A stretch of DNA of 64,000 nt from an uncultured Alphaproteobacteria bacterium (GTDB taxonomy: Bacteria; Pseudomonadota; Alphaproteobacteria; HIMB59; GCA-002718135), in the NCBI GenBank assembly GCA_902576125.1, contig CACGUF010000004.1, positions 363 to 64,362 of the forward strand, written 5' to 3'. The position numbers and the translations under genes are program-made. Under the pieces are notes generated by a model that made no database searches, was not told where the DNA came from, and saw only the letters and a program-made list of their open reading frames with translations. The number at the start of each line of letters is the position of its first letter. Positions within the stretch are counted from its first letter, which is position 1. Below are positions 46,050 through 53,890 of the stretch, piece by piece.

Positions 46050-46658
46050 TTAATGAAAATCTATAATTTCTAAGTTGTTAATACTTGGATTAAAATGAGA
46101 TGCAAATAAGATAATACCATTTTTATTTGCGTGATCCTTAAATGTCTGATTTAAAATTTCTATAGATGAGTTATCCAAATGGTTATATGGTTCATCTAAA
46201 ATCCAAAGTTTTTTTTGCTCTAAAATTAATCTTAAAAGTTCTAATTTTTTTATTTCCCCTTTTGACAAATACATCACTTTTGTATTTTTATATTTAAGTA
46301 AATTAAATGTTTCTAATAATAGTAATATATCAGCATTTGTTAGTTTTGATGCACACAAACCCTTCCAAAAATTTATATTATCAAGAACAGTGAGTTTTTT
46401 AGTTGATGTATTTTGATCCATAATAAAAGTCGTAACATTAAAAAAATTAAAAATATTTTTTTTTATATTTTTTCCTTCCCAAAAAATATCTCCATTTTTT
46501 GGCTCTAAAATATTTAAAATTACTTCTAGGAAGGTTGTTTTGCCAGAACCATTCTTTCCTCTGATTTGAGTAATTTGCCCATTATTTAAAGACAAATTTA
46601 AATCTTCAAATATGATTGTGTTGTTTCTGTAAAAAGATAAATTATTTATTAGAAGCAT
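46050..46658 (-). CDS. ccmA: Heme exporter ATP-binding protein CcmA
   Basis: Walker A GKNGSGKTT, signature-like LSKGEIKKLELL, Walker B LWILDEP. Confidence 0.9.
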   Translation of the reverse strand: MLLINNLSFYRNNTIIFEDLNLSLNNGQITQIRGKNGSGKTTFLEVILNILEPKNGDIFWEGKNIKKNIFNFFNVTTFIMDQNTSTKKLTVLDNINFWKGLCASKLTNADILLLLETFNLLKYKNTKVMYLSKGEIKKLELLRLILEQKKLWILDEPYNHLDNSSIEILNQTFKDHANKNGIILFASHFNPSINNLEIIDFH

Positions 46659-46694
46659 TTTTAAAGATTAAAATCATTTTAATTGATAAACAAT

Positions 46695-46723
46695 AAAAAA
46701 ACGGGGCTAACCCCGTTTTTTTT
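46695..46723. terminator. Bidirectional-looking rho-independent terminator downstream of the KAAP-repeat gene
   Basis: A7-CGGGG-CTAA-CCCCG-T8, with uridine tracts available on either strand. It lies 64 nt past the stop of the 46787-47011 gene and about 37 nt upstream of the ccmA start. Confidence 0.8.
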
Positions 46724-46786
46724 AATTTTAGAAAAATTAAGAAAAAGAAAAAAATTTGATTCTTTTCTCTTACTAATGAAAATAGA

Positions 46787-47011
46787 CTATCTTCTTCTTT
46801 TCTTAGCAGCCTTTTTCTTTTTCTTAGGAGCAGCTCTTTTCTTCTTTTTAGGTGCTGCTTTCTTTTTCTTCTTAGGAGCAGCTCTTTTCTTCTTTTTAGG
46901 TGCTGCCTTCTTTTTCTTCTTAGGAGCAGCTTTCTTTCTTTTAGGTGCTGCTTTCTTTCTCTTAGGTGCAGCCTTCTTTCTCTTAGCTGCTTTCTTTTTC
47001 TTCTTTGCCAT
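46787..47011 (-). CDS. Lys/Ala/Pro-repeat, histone-H1-like basic protein (74 aa)
   Basis: MAKKKKKAAKRKKAAPKRKKAAPKRKKAAPKKKKKAAPKKKKRAAPKKKKKAAPKKKKRAAPKKKKKAAKKRRR. It has a canonical AAGGAG SD 7 nt upstream of the ATG and its own terminator. The opposite-strand ORF is an F/L/G/A low-complexity mirror. Confidence 0.6.
   Translation of the reverse strand: MAKKKKKAAKRKKAAPKRKKAAPKRKKAAPKKKKKAAPKKKKRAAPKKKKKAAPKKKKRAAPKKKKKAAKKRRR
46823..46990. repeat. In-frame tandem coding repeats (two 48-nt units, then ~24-nt units)
   Basis: The unit CTTAGGAGCAGCTCTTTTCTTCTTTTTAGGTGCTGC(T/C)TTCTTTTTCTT occurs at 46823-46870 and 46871-46918 with a single mismatch. It is followed by three shorter, related ~24-nt units. 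Confidence 0.85.
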
Positions 47012-47028
47012 TTAATGCTCCTTGTAAT

Positions 47029-47075
47029 GGGTTAAACTGGAGGAACCCCCCTCCATCATCACTTAAAATAAGTGA
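47029..47075 (-). promoter_or_regulatory. GC-rich structured 5' leader of the KAAP-repeat gene (two hairpins, possible pseudoknot)
   Basis: Hairpin 1 is TGGAGG (47038-43) / CCTCCA (47050-55) with a 6-nt loop. Loop bases 47044-48 (AACCC on plus) are complementary to GGGTT at 47029-33, which lies next to the SD. Hairpin 2 is TCACTTA (47059-65) / TAAGTGA (47069-75). Confidence 0.3.
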
Positions 47076-47357
47076 CAAACATAAAAGGCTTTCTTTTTTT
47101 CCCAAAACTTACGCATAAAGTCAACAATTTAAGAAAACATGATGTTATAGAAAAAAAACTTTAATTAAAATAATTAAAAACAATATAAGTTTATTACATT
47201 TTTCGCAGAATTCTAATTAAAAATTTAGAAATAACTATACAAATTTTTTTTTCAGTATTATTAGATTAAAACTTATTTTTAAACATAATTACTATTAAAT
47301 TTAAAAAATTAGTGTCAATTTAGTATAAGTGCTTTTTGATACAACTATATAGTTAAC

Positions 47358-50000
47358 ATGACATCTTTAAACTCTTTTAATACTTGTAAAAATATAACAA
47401 TTAACAAAAAAAATTATAAGTATTTTGATTTACAGACTCTCTCAGACATTTATGGTTTTGAATTATCTAAAGTTCCTAATTCATTAAAAATAATAATTGA
47501 AAATCTTATAAGAAATGAGGATGGTGAGGCAGTCTCTAGGGAAATGATTGATAATTTATGTACAAAAATCACCAAACCTAAAGAAAATTTCGAAATATCG
47601 TTTACCCCAACTCGTGTACTTATGCAGGATTTTACAGGCGTCCCGGCTGTAGCTGATTTGGCCGCTATGAGAGATGCATTGAGAAAAAAAGGAATAAATC
47701 CAAGCAACATTAATCCATTATCAAGGGTGGACTTGATTATTGATCATTCAGTAATGGTAGATCACTTTGGAAGTAATAGAGCTTTTGAAGAAAATGTTAA
47801 AAAAGAATTTGATAGAAATAAAGAGAGGTATGAGTTTCTAAAATGGGGGCAAAAAACATTTGATAATTTCTATCTAGCTCCACCAGGTGGTGGAATTTGT
47901 CATCAAGTCAATTTAGAAAGTATTGCTAAGACAATCTGGTCAAGCAAAATAAAAAATGAAGACTACATTTATCCAGACTCTGTTGTAGGAACAGATAGTC
48001 ATACCACTATGGTTAATGCACTCTCAGTATTAGGATGGGGCGTAGGAGGAATTGAAGCTGAGGCTGCAATGTTGGGACAACCAATATCTATGAATGTTCC
48101 AAAAATAGTTGGCTTTAAATTAAATGGTAAGTTGCAAGAAGGTATTACAGCAACTGATTTAGTTTTAACAATTACAGAAATATTAAGAAGGTATGGGGTA
48201 GTTGGAAAGTTTGTCGAATTTTTTGGAGAGGGTTTAAAAAATTTGTCACTTTCTGATAGATCTACAATTTCAAACATGGCACCAGAATATGGAGCAACAT
48301 GTGGTTTTTTCTCTACTGACCAAGAAACATTAAATTATTTAAAACTTTCTGGAAAAGATGAGCATCAATTAAAAATTGTTAAAGATTACACTAAGGCTCA
48401 AAAACTATGGGCTGAAGGTGATTATAATCCTTATTTTGACGAAACTTTATATTTAGATTTAGATACAATTGAGCCATCTGTTGCAGGACCTAAGCGTCCA
48501 CAAGATAAAATATTTGTTAGAGATATACCTAAAGTTTTTAATGAAATAAATAATTCAGCCTCTAACTTCAAAAATAATAGAAAAGAAATGCAGTCAGCAG
48601 ATGTTGTAATTGCCGCAATTACTAGTTGTACAAACACATCAAATCCAAATGTTATGATAGCAGCAGGATTGGTTGCCAAGAAAGCTGTAGAACTTGGTTT
48701 AACTGTTAAACCATGGGTGAAAACAAGTCTTGCACCTGGTAGTAAAGTTGTAAGTGATTACTTAGAAAAAGCAGGCCTATCAAAATATTTGAATGAAATT
48801 GGTTTTAATTTAGTAGGTTATGGTTGCACAACCTGTATTGGTAATTCTGGCCCATTAAATGAGTGGGTATCAGAAGAGATAAAAAACAAAAATTTAACTG
48901 TTTGCTCAGTTTTATCTGGTAATAGAAATTTTGAAGGTCGTGTTCATCAAGAAGTAAAAGCAAATTTTCTTGCATCACCACCTTTAGTTGTTGCATTTGC
49001 AATTGCTGGAAACATGAATATTAATTTGTTTGATGATCGAATAGGAGTTAGCAAATATGGAGAAGAAGTTTTTTTAAAAGATTTATGGCCTTCTTCATCT
49101 GAAGTTAATGAAATTGTAAACAAATCATTATCAACTGAAATGTTTAAAAAAAGGTATAAAGAAATATATAACGGTGATCAAAACTGGCAATTAATAAAAA
49201 GTGTTTCAAATACTACTTATGAATGGAACTCTTCTAGTACCTATATAAAACACCCACCTTTCTTTGAAGATGATGAAAACGATGTTAAAGATATAGTTAA
49301 TGCAAGAATTCTTGCAATTTTGGGTGACAGCGTAACCACTGACCACATCTCTCCTGCTGGTGCAATAAAACCAGATAGTCCAGCTGGAAAATATCTTAAT
49401 GAAAGACAAATAAGCAGAAAAGATTTTAATTCTTATGGTTCTAGAAGGGGTAATCACGAAATTATGATGAGGGGAACATTTGCAAATATAAGAATTAAAA
49501 ATGAAATAATCTCAGGAACAGAAGGAGGTATAACAAAGTTTTTTAATAAAAAAGCTGAAGAAATGTCAATATATGATGCTGCAATAGAATATGCAAAACA
49601 AGAAACGCCATTAGTTATATTTGCTGGTAAAGAATATGGCACTGGGTCATCCAGAGATTGGGCAGCAAAAGGTACAAAATTATTAGGTGTAAAGGCAGTG
49701 ATTGCTGAGAGCTTTGAAAGAATACACCGTTCAAATTTAATAGGTATGGGAGTATTGCCCTTACAATTCATTGGAGATCAAAATAGAAAATCACTTTGTC
49801 TTAATGGAGACGAGTTTATTACGATAAAAGGGCTAAATACTTTGCGACCAAGTTCAGAGCTTAATTGTGAGATAAAATCTAATCATGAAAAAAAAATAAA
49901 ACTTTTATGTAGAATAGATACTATTAAAGAGTTGGATTATTTTAAACAAGGGGGTATTTTACAATACGTGTTAAATTCAATTATAAAAAAAGCATCATAA
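47358..50000 (+). CDS. acnA: Aconitate hydratase A
   Basis: 880 aa. IDHSVMVD, GTDSHTTM, ITSCTNTSNP, YGCTTCIGNSG, SGNRNFEGR and GSSRDWAAKG. Confidence 0.97.
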   Translation: MTSLNSFNTCKNITINKKNYKYFDLQTLSDIYGFELSKVPNSLKIIIENLIRNEDGEAVSREMIDNLCTKITKPKENFEISFTPTRVLMQDFTGVPAVADLAAMRDALRKKGINPSNINPLSRVDLIIDHSVMVDHFGSNRAFEENVKKEFDRNKERYEFLKWGQKTFDNFYLAPPGGGICHQVNLESIAKTIWSSKIKNEDYIYPDSVVGTDSHTTMVNALSVLGWGVGGIEAEAAMLGQPISMNVPKIVGFKLNGKLQEGITATDLVLTITEILRRYGVVGKFVEFFGEGLKNLSLSDRSTISNMAPEYGATCGFFSTDQETLNYLKLSGKDEHQLKIVKDYTKAQKLWAEGDYNPYFDETLYLDLDTIEPSVAGPKRPQDKIFVRDIPKVFNEINNSASNFKNNRKEMQSADVVIAAITSCTNTSNPNVMIAAGLVAKKAVELGLTVKPWVKTSLAPGSKVVSDYLEKAGLSKYLNEIGFNLVGYGCTTCIGNSGPLNEWVSEEIKNKNLTVCSVLSGNRNFEGRVHQEVKANFLASPPLVVAFAIAGNMNINLFDDRIGVSKYGEEVFLKDLWPSSSEVNEIVNKSLSTEMFKKRYKEIYNGDQNWQLIKSVSNTTYEWNSSSTYIKHPPFFEDDENDVKDIVNARILAILGDSVTTDHISPAGAIKPDSPAGKYLNERQISRKDFNSYGSRRGNHEIMMRGTFANIRIKNEIISGTEGGITKFFNKKAEEMSIYDAAIEYAKQETPLVIFAGKEYGTGSSRDWAAKGTKLLGVKAVIAESFERIHRSNLIGMGVLPLQFIGDQNRKSLCLNGDEFITIKGLNTLRPSSELNCEIKSNHEKKIKLLCRIDTIKELDYFKQGGILQYVLNSIIKKAS

Positions 50001-50005
50001 ATTAA

Positions 50006-52570
50006 GTGAAAGAAGATGATAGCAACTTAGTAGCGATACTAGGACCTACTAATACAGGAAAAACTTACTTGGCATTTGAAAGACTATTGTCATATAAATC
50101 AGGAATTTTTGGATTTCCTCTTCGTCTGTTAGCTCGTGAAAATTACGACAAGGCTGTAAAAAAAATTGGTATTAATAATGTTGCTTTAATTACAGGAGAA
50201 GAAAAATTTGTTCCAAATGAAGCTAAATATTTTTTTTGTACTGTAGAATCTATTCCCAAAAAACTAAATGTGGAATGTGTAGTAATTGATGAAATTCAAT
50301 TAGCATCAGATTATGAAAGAGGGCATATATTTACTGAACATCTTTTAAATACAAGGGGAGAATTTGAAACAATTTTTTTAGGCTCTTTAACAATAAAATT
50401 ATTATTATTAAAAATTTTTCCTGATATAAAAATTGAGCTGAGAGAAAGATTTTCTAAACTCAGTTTTAATTCTAATAGAAGTTTTTCAAAACTTAAACCT
50501 CGATCAGCAATAATTGGATTTAATATTAACAATGTTTATGAGATTGCTGAAAATATAAGAACACACAAAGGAGGAGCAGCAGTTGTACTTGGATCTCTAA
50601 GCCCCAGAACACGAAATGCACAAGTTGAAATATATGAAGAAAAAAAAGTTGATTACCTAGTTGCCACGGATGCAATTGGCATGGGTCTTAATTTAAATAT
50701 CGATCACATAGCTTTTTCTTCAATCGAAAAATACGATGGAAGGTTTAAAAGAAATTTGTATCCTAGTGAAATTGGTCAAATTGCTGGAAGAGCAGGTAGA
50801 TATGAAAATAATGGCACGTTTTCATTATTAAATAATGCAGGTGAACTAGACATAAAAACTATTAGAGATATTGAAGAAAGTAATTTTTACTCAATTAACA
50901 AAATCTATTGGAGAAATAGCTCTCTTGATTTTTCAAGCATTGATAATTTTCTTGGAAGTTTGAAAGAATTTCCTGTTCATAATTATTTTATTCATAAAAA
51001 AAATGCGGCTGATGAATTAAATTTTAGATACTTAATTGAAGATCAAAATATAAAAAAATTAATAACACATAAAGACAGAATTAAATTATTGTGGGATGTT
51101 TGTAGGATTCCAGATTTTCAAAAGTTGTTTAATGACTCTTATCTTCAGTTTCTTAAAACAATTTTTTTACTTTTAATCAAAAATCAAAAAATACCTAAAT
51201 TATGGCTTGAAAAAAATATTTTAGGACTCCAGAAATTTAATGGTGGAATAGAAGAGTTATCTATAAAAATTTCTCAAGTAAGGACATGGACATATATTTC
51301 AAATCATCAAAACTGGATTAATAATGAAAAATATTGGCAAGAAATTACCAGAAGAATTGAAAATGATTTATCTGACAATCTTCATGAAGGTCTGACTAAT
51401 AGATTTGTTGATACTAATTCAAAATATTTCATAAAATCTAATAAAAAAGATCTAAATCAAGATCTGGCAGTAATTGATGATAAAATTATAAAAATTAACA
51501 AAAAAGAATATGGCTCACTTCAAAATTTTGATTTAAAATTAAGTAAAGATGCAATTTCTCATTCTCTTTTTTCTCTAACTCATGTAAAAAAATTAGTTAG
51601 ATTAATGATTGAAGAAAAAATAAATAATTTTTTAAATGCTCCAAATGAAGCAATAAGTTTTGGCAATATTAGTGAAATTGATTTCAATAAAAATGTAAAA
51701 ATTTATTGGGGGGACGATATTGTTGGATATCTAAGCAAAGGGTCAAGTATTTCTTCGCCAATTGCAGATGCTTTAAATACTGAATTCATTAGTAGTGAAA
51801 ATAGATTATTAATTGCAGCAAAGCTTCAAAAGTGGATAGATGAATTAATAAAAGTATTGTTGTGGCCTGTAAAAGAGCCTAATGATGAAAATGAGTCAGC
51901 AAATATAAGAGCGATAAAATTTAATGTTTTTGAAAATTTTGGAACACTACCCGTAGATCAATTTAGCACCTTTATTAAAAATATATCTTTAGAAGAAAAA
52001 AATATAATATCGAAATTAGGTATTCGTGTTGGTGCGAAATACTTTTTTGTACCTAATTTCTTAAAAAAAGCACCATTGGAGTTATCTGCAATTCTGTGGT
52101 GTGTTTTTATTGAACATAAATTCGAAGGAGCAATTCCACTACCAAAAGATGGAAGAGTATCTTTTGAAATTAAAAATGAAATGAAAAAAGAATATTGGCT
52201 TGCTATAGGCTACATAAAGCTTAATAATTTTGCATTAAGAGTAGATGTTTTTGAAAGAATTTTTTTCTTAGCTAGGCAAAAAATTAAAAATGGACCTTTT
52301 ATAGACTCTTCAGATTTAATGAATCCTGTTGGCTGTGATAGAAATCAACTGCGAGAAATACTTAAATTTTGTGGATTTAGTGTATTAAAACTAAATAATG
52401 ATAGAGATTTATATTATAGTGAGCCAAAAAAATATCCAAAAAAATCAACAACAGTTAAAGAAAAAAAAATAAATATTAAAAAAAATAACAAAATAACCAA
52501 AGTTTCAAATAAAAGTAAAAAAGAAGCAGACCCAAATTCTCCTTTTGCAGTTTTGGAAAAACTACTTTAA
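50006..52570 (+). CDS. SUV3-like superfamily-2 helicase with long C-terminal extension
   Basis: GTG start 5 nt after the acnA stop. Walker A LGPTNTGKTYLAFERL, VIDEIQL, LVATDAIGMGLNL, QIAGRAGR, and a Lys-rich tail. The motif set matches alphaproteobacterial homologs of mitochondrial SUV3 as I remember them. Confidence 0.65.
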   Translation: MKEDDSNLVAILGPTNTGKTYLAFERLLSYKSGIFGFPLRLLARENYDKAVKKIGINNVALITGEEKFVPNEAKYFFCTVESIPKKLNVECVVIDEIQLASDYERGHIFTEHLLNTRGEFETIFLGSLTIKLLLLKIFPDIKIELRERFSKLSFNSNRSFSKLKPRSAIIGFNINNVYEIAENIRTHKGGAAVVLGSLSPRTRNAQVEIYEEKKVDYLVATDAIGMGLNLNIDHIAFSSIEKYDGRFKRNLYPSEIGQIAGRAGRYENNGTFSLLNNAGELDIKTIRDIEESNFYSINKIYWRNSSLDFSSIDNFLGSLKEFPVHNYFIHKKNAADELNFRYLIEDQNIKKLITHKDRIKLLWDVCRIPDFQKLFNDSYLQFLKTIFLLLIKNQKIPKLWLEKNILGLQKFNGGIEELSIKISQVRTWTYISNHQNWINNEKYWQEITRRIENDLSDNLHEGLTNRFVDTNSKYFIKSNKKDLNQDLAVIDDKIIKINKKEYGSLQNFDLKLSKDAISHSLFSLTHVKKLVRLMIEEKINNFLNAPNEAISFGNISEIDFNKNVKIYWGDDIVGYLSKGSSISSPIADALNTEFISSENRLLIAAKLQKWIDELIKVLLWPVKEPNDENESANIRAIKFNVFENFGTLPVDQFSTFIKNISLEEKNIISKLGIRVGAKYFFVPNFLKKAPLELSAILWCVFIEHKFEGAIPLPKDGRVSFEIKNEMKKEYWLAIGYIKLNNFALRVDVFERIFFLARQKIKNGPFIDSSDLMNPVGCDRNQLREILKFCGFSVLKLNNDRDLYYSEPKKYPKKSTTVKEKKINIKKNNKITKVSNKSKKEADPNSPFAVLEKLL

Positions 52571-52605
52571 AGAAATTTAAAAATATAAAATAATAAGGTA
52601 TAAAA

Positions 52606-53058
52606 TTGTTAGAATCTCTAAAAAATATATTTTCAAATAAAAACAATCAGATTCAAGAAGATGATAATAATGATATTAATATTCTCACAGGGTTGTTGAT
52701 AGAAGCAGCTAATACTGATGGCAATGTTTCTCAGGATGAGCTAAGCAAAATTTCTTCTAGTCTGATAAATGTTTTTAAAGAAAATCAAGAAGACGTCGAC
52801 AAAGCTCTATCCAAAGCGTTTGAAAATAAAGATAATTCTAGGTCATTATTTTTTTATACTTCTAAATTAAATAAATCTTTTTCTCATGAAAAGAAAATAT
52901 TATTATTAGAGGTATTATGGGAAGTTATTTTATCCGATAATGAAATTCATGATTTTGAGTCAAACCTTTTAAGGAGATTGGCTGGATTATTATACGTTTC
53001 AGATATTGAGTGCGGAAATGCAAAAAAAAGAGCAAGTAATAAGTTAAATAAATTATGA
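52606..53058 (+). CDS. TerB-family (tellurite-resistance TerB-like, COG4103-type) protein
   Basis: TTG start. [20 protein letters not shown]...[35 protein letters not shown] fits the two-helix-pair TerB-like pattern. Confidence 0.6.
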   Translation: MLESLKNIFSNKNNQIQEDDNNDINILTGLLIEAANTDGNVSQDELSKISSSLINVFKENQEDVDKALSKAFENKDNSRSLFFYTSKLNKSFSHEKKILLLEVLWEVILSDNEIHDFESNLLRRLAGLLYVSDIECGNAKKRASNKLNKL

Positions 53059-53387
53059 CATATGTTGTTGATGAAAACTGTATAAAATGCAAGCACATGG
53101 ACTGTGTTGATGTGTGTCCAGTAGATTGCTTTTATGAAGGTGAAAATATGTTAGTAATCCACCCTGATGAATGTATTGATTGTGGAGTTTGTGAACCTGA
53201 ATGTCCCGTAGATGCAATTCATTCAGATACAGAAGAGGGAATGGAAAAGTGGGCAGAAATTAATCGTAAATATTCTGAATTGTGGCCCGTTATAAGTGAA
53301 AAAAAAGAACCGCCAGTTGATGCTAAAGAATGGGAAGGTGTTGAGAACAAATATAAAAATCACTTTAGTGAAAAAGCAGGAGGTTAA
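53055..53387 (+). CDS. fdxA: Ferredoxin FdxA (7Fe type)
   Basis: [54 protein letters not shown]. Confidence 0.95.
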   Translation: MTYVVDENCIKCKHMDCVDVCPVDCFYEGENMLVIHPDECIDCGVCEPECPVDAIHSDTEEGMEKWAEINRKYSELWPVISEKKEPPVDAKEWEGVENKYKNHFSEKAGG

Positions 53388-53389
53388 AT

Positions 53390-53890
53390 ATGGTAAAAAA
53401 GAATTCTCAATTTAAGGAAGGTGAAATTGTTGTTTATCCAAAACATGGTGTTGGTGAAGTTATAAGAATTGAAACAATGGAAATAGCAAACATCAAAACA
53501 AATTTTTATGTTGTTAAAATGGAGCAGTCAAAACTAATAATTAGGGTTCCAACTGAAAAACTGGAACAAGTTGGTTTAAGAAGAATTTCTTCAAAAAAAA
53601 TCATTGAAGAAGTTTTCAATATTTTAAAACTAAGACCAAAAATAAGAAGAATTATGTGGAGTAGAAGAGCACAGGAGTATGATGCTAAAATTTTTTCAGG
53701 AGATCCTATAAAAATTGCTGAAGTTGTAAGAGATCTTTTTAGAAAAACTAGTCAAGCAGAACAATCTTATAGTGAGAGACAAATGTTTCAGGTAGCAATT
53801 GAGAGACTTGCAAGGGAAGTAGCAGCTGTAGAAAAAACAGATTATTTTCAATCAACTGAAAAAATTGAATCAATTTTAAGAAATAAGTAG
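53390..53890 (+). CDS. carD: CarD-family (CdnL) RNA-polymerase-binding transcription factor
   Basis: FKEGEIVVYPKHGVGEVIRIE...YVVKM......I.VP, plus a C-terminal helical domain; 166 aa. Confidence 0.9.
   Translation: MVKKNSQFKEGEIVVYPKHGVGEVIRIETMEIANIKTNFYVVKMEQSKLIIRVPTEKLEQVGLRRISSKKIIEEVFNILKLRPKIRRIMWSRRAQEYDAKIFSGDPIKIAEVVRDLFRKTSQAEQSYSERQMFQVAIERLAREVAAVEKTDYFQSTEKIESILRNK

Noticed and set aside
46823-46990. Tandem direct repeats that could superficially suggest a CRISPR-like or satellite array.
   Set aside because: The repeats are contiguous with no spacers, in frame and inside a coding sequence. There are no cas genes anywhere in the window.
46683-47015. 110-aa plus-strand ORF (…FFFLGAALFFFLGAAFFFF…) covering the KAAP-repeat locus.
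   Set aside because: It is the low-complexity mirror image of the minus-strand Lys/Ala/Pro frame. It begins inside the terminator hairpin and has no SD. The minus-strand frame has an AAGGAG SD, an ATG and a downstream terminator.
47029-47075. Resemblance of the KAAP-gene leader (small hairpin plus a downstream segment pairing to the loop next to the SD) to small pseudoknot riboswitches such as the preQ1 or SAM-II/V classes.
   Set aside because: The loop is only 6 nt and I cannot match any class consensus from memory. There is no plausible functional link between those ligands and a histone-like gene. I report it only as an unclassified structured leader.
47450-49771. Six minus-strand ORFs (65-105 aa) inside acnA. 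Similar internal or antisense ORFs occur in ftsK (5988-6272), purH (14191-14889), folD (39003-39534), the MFS gene (60116-60422), the SDR gene (58988-59401), BI-1 (31229-31525) and the TPR-GT9 genes (29567-30073).
   Set aside because: All are nested in long ORFs with unmistakable family motifs. They have low-complexity or hydrophobic junk composition and lack independent start or termination signals.
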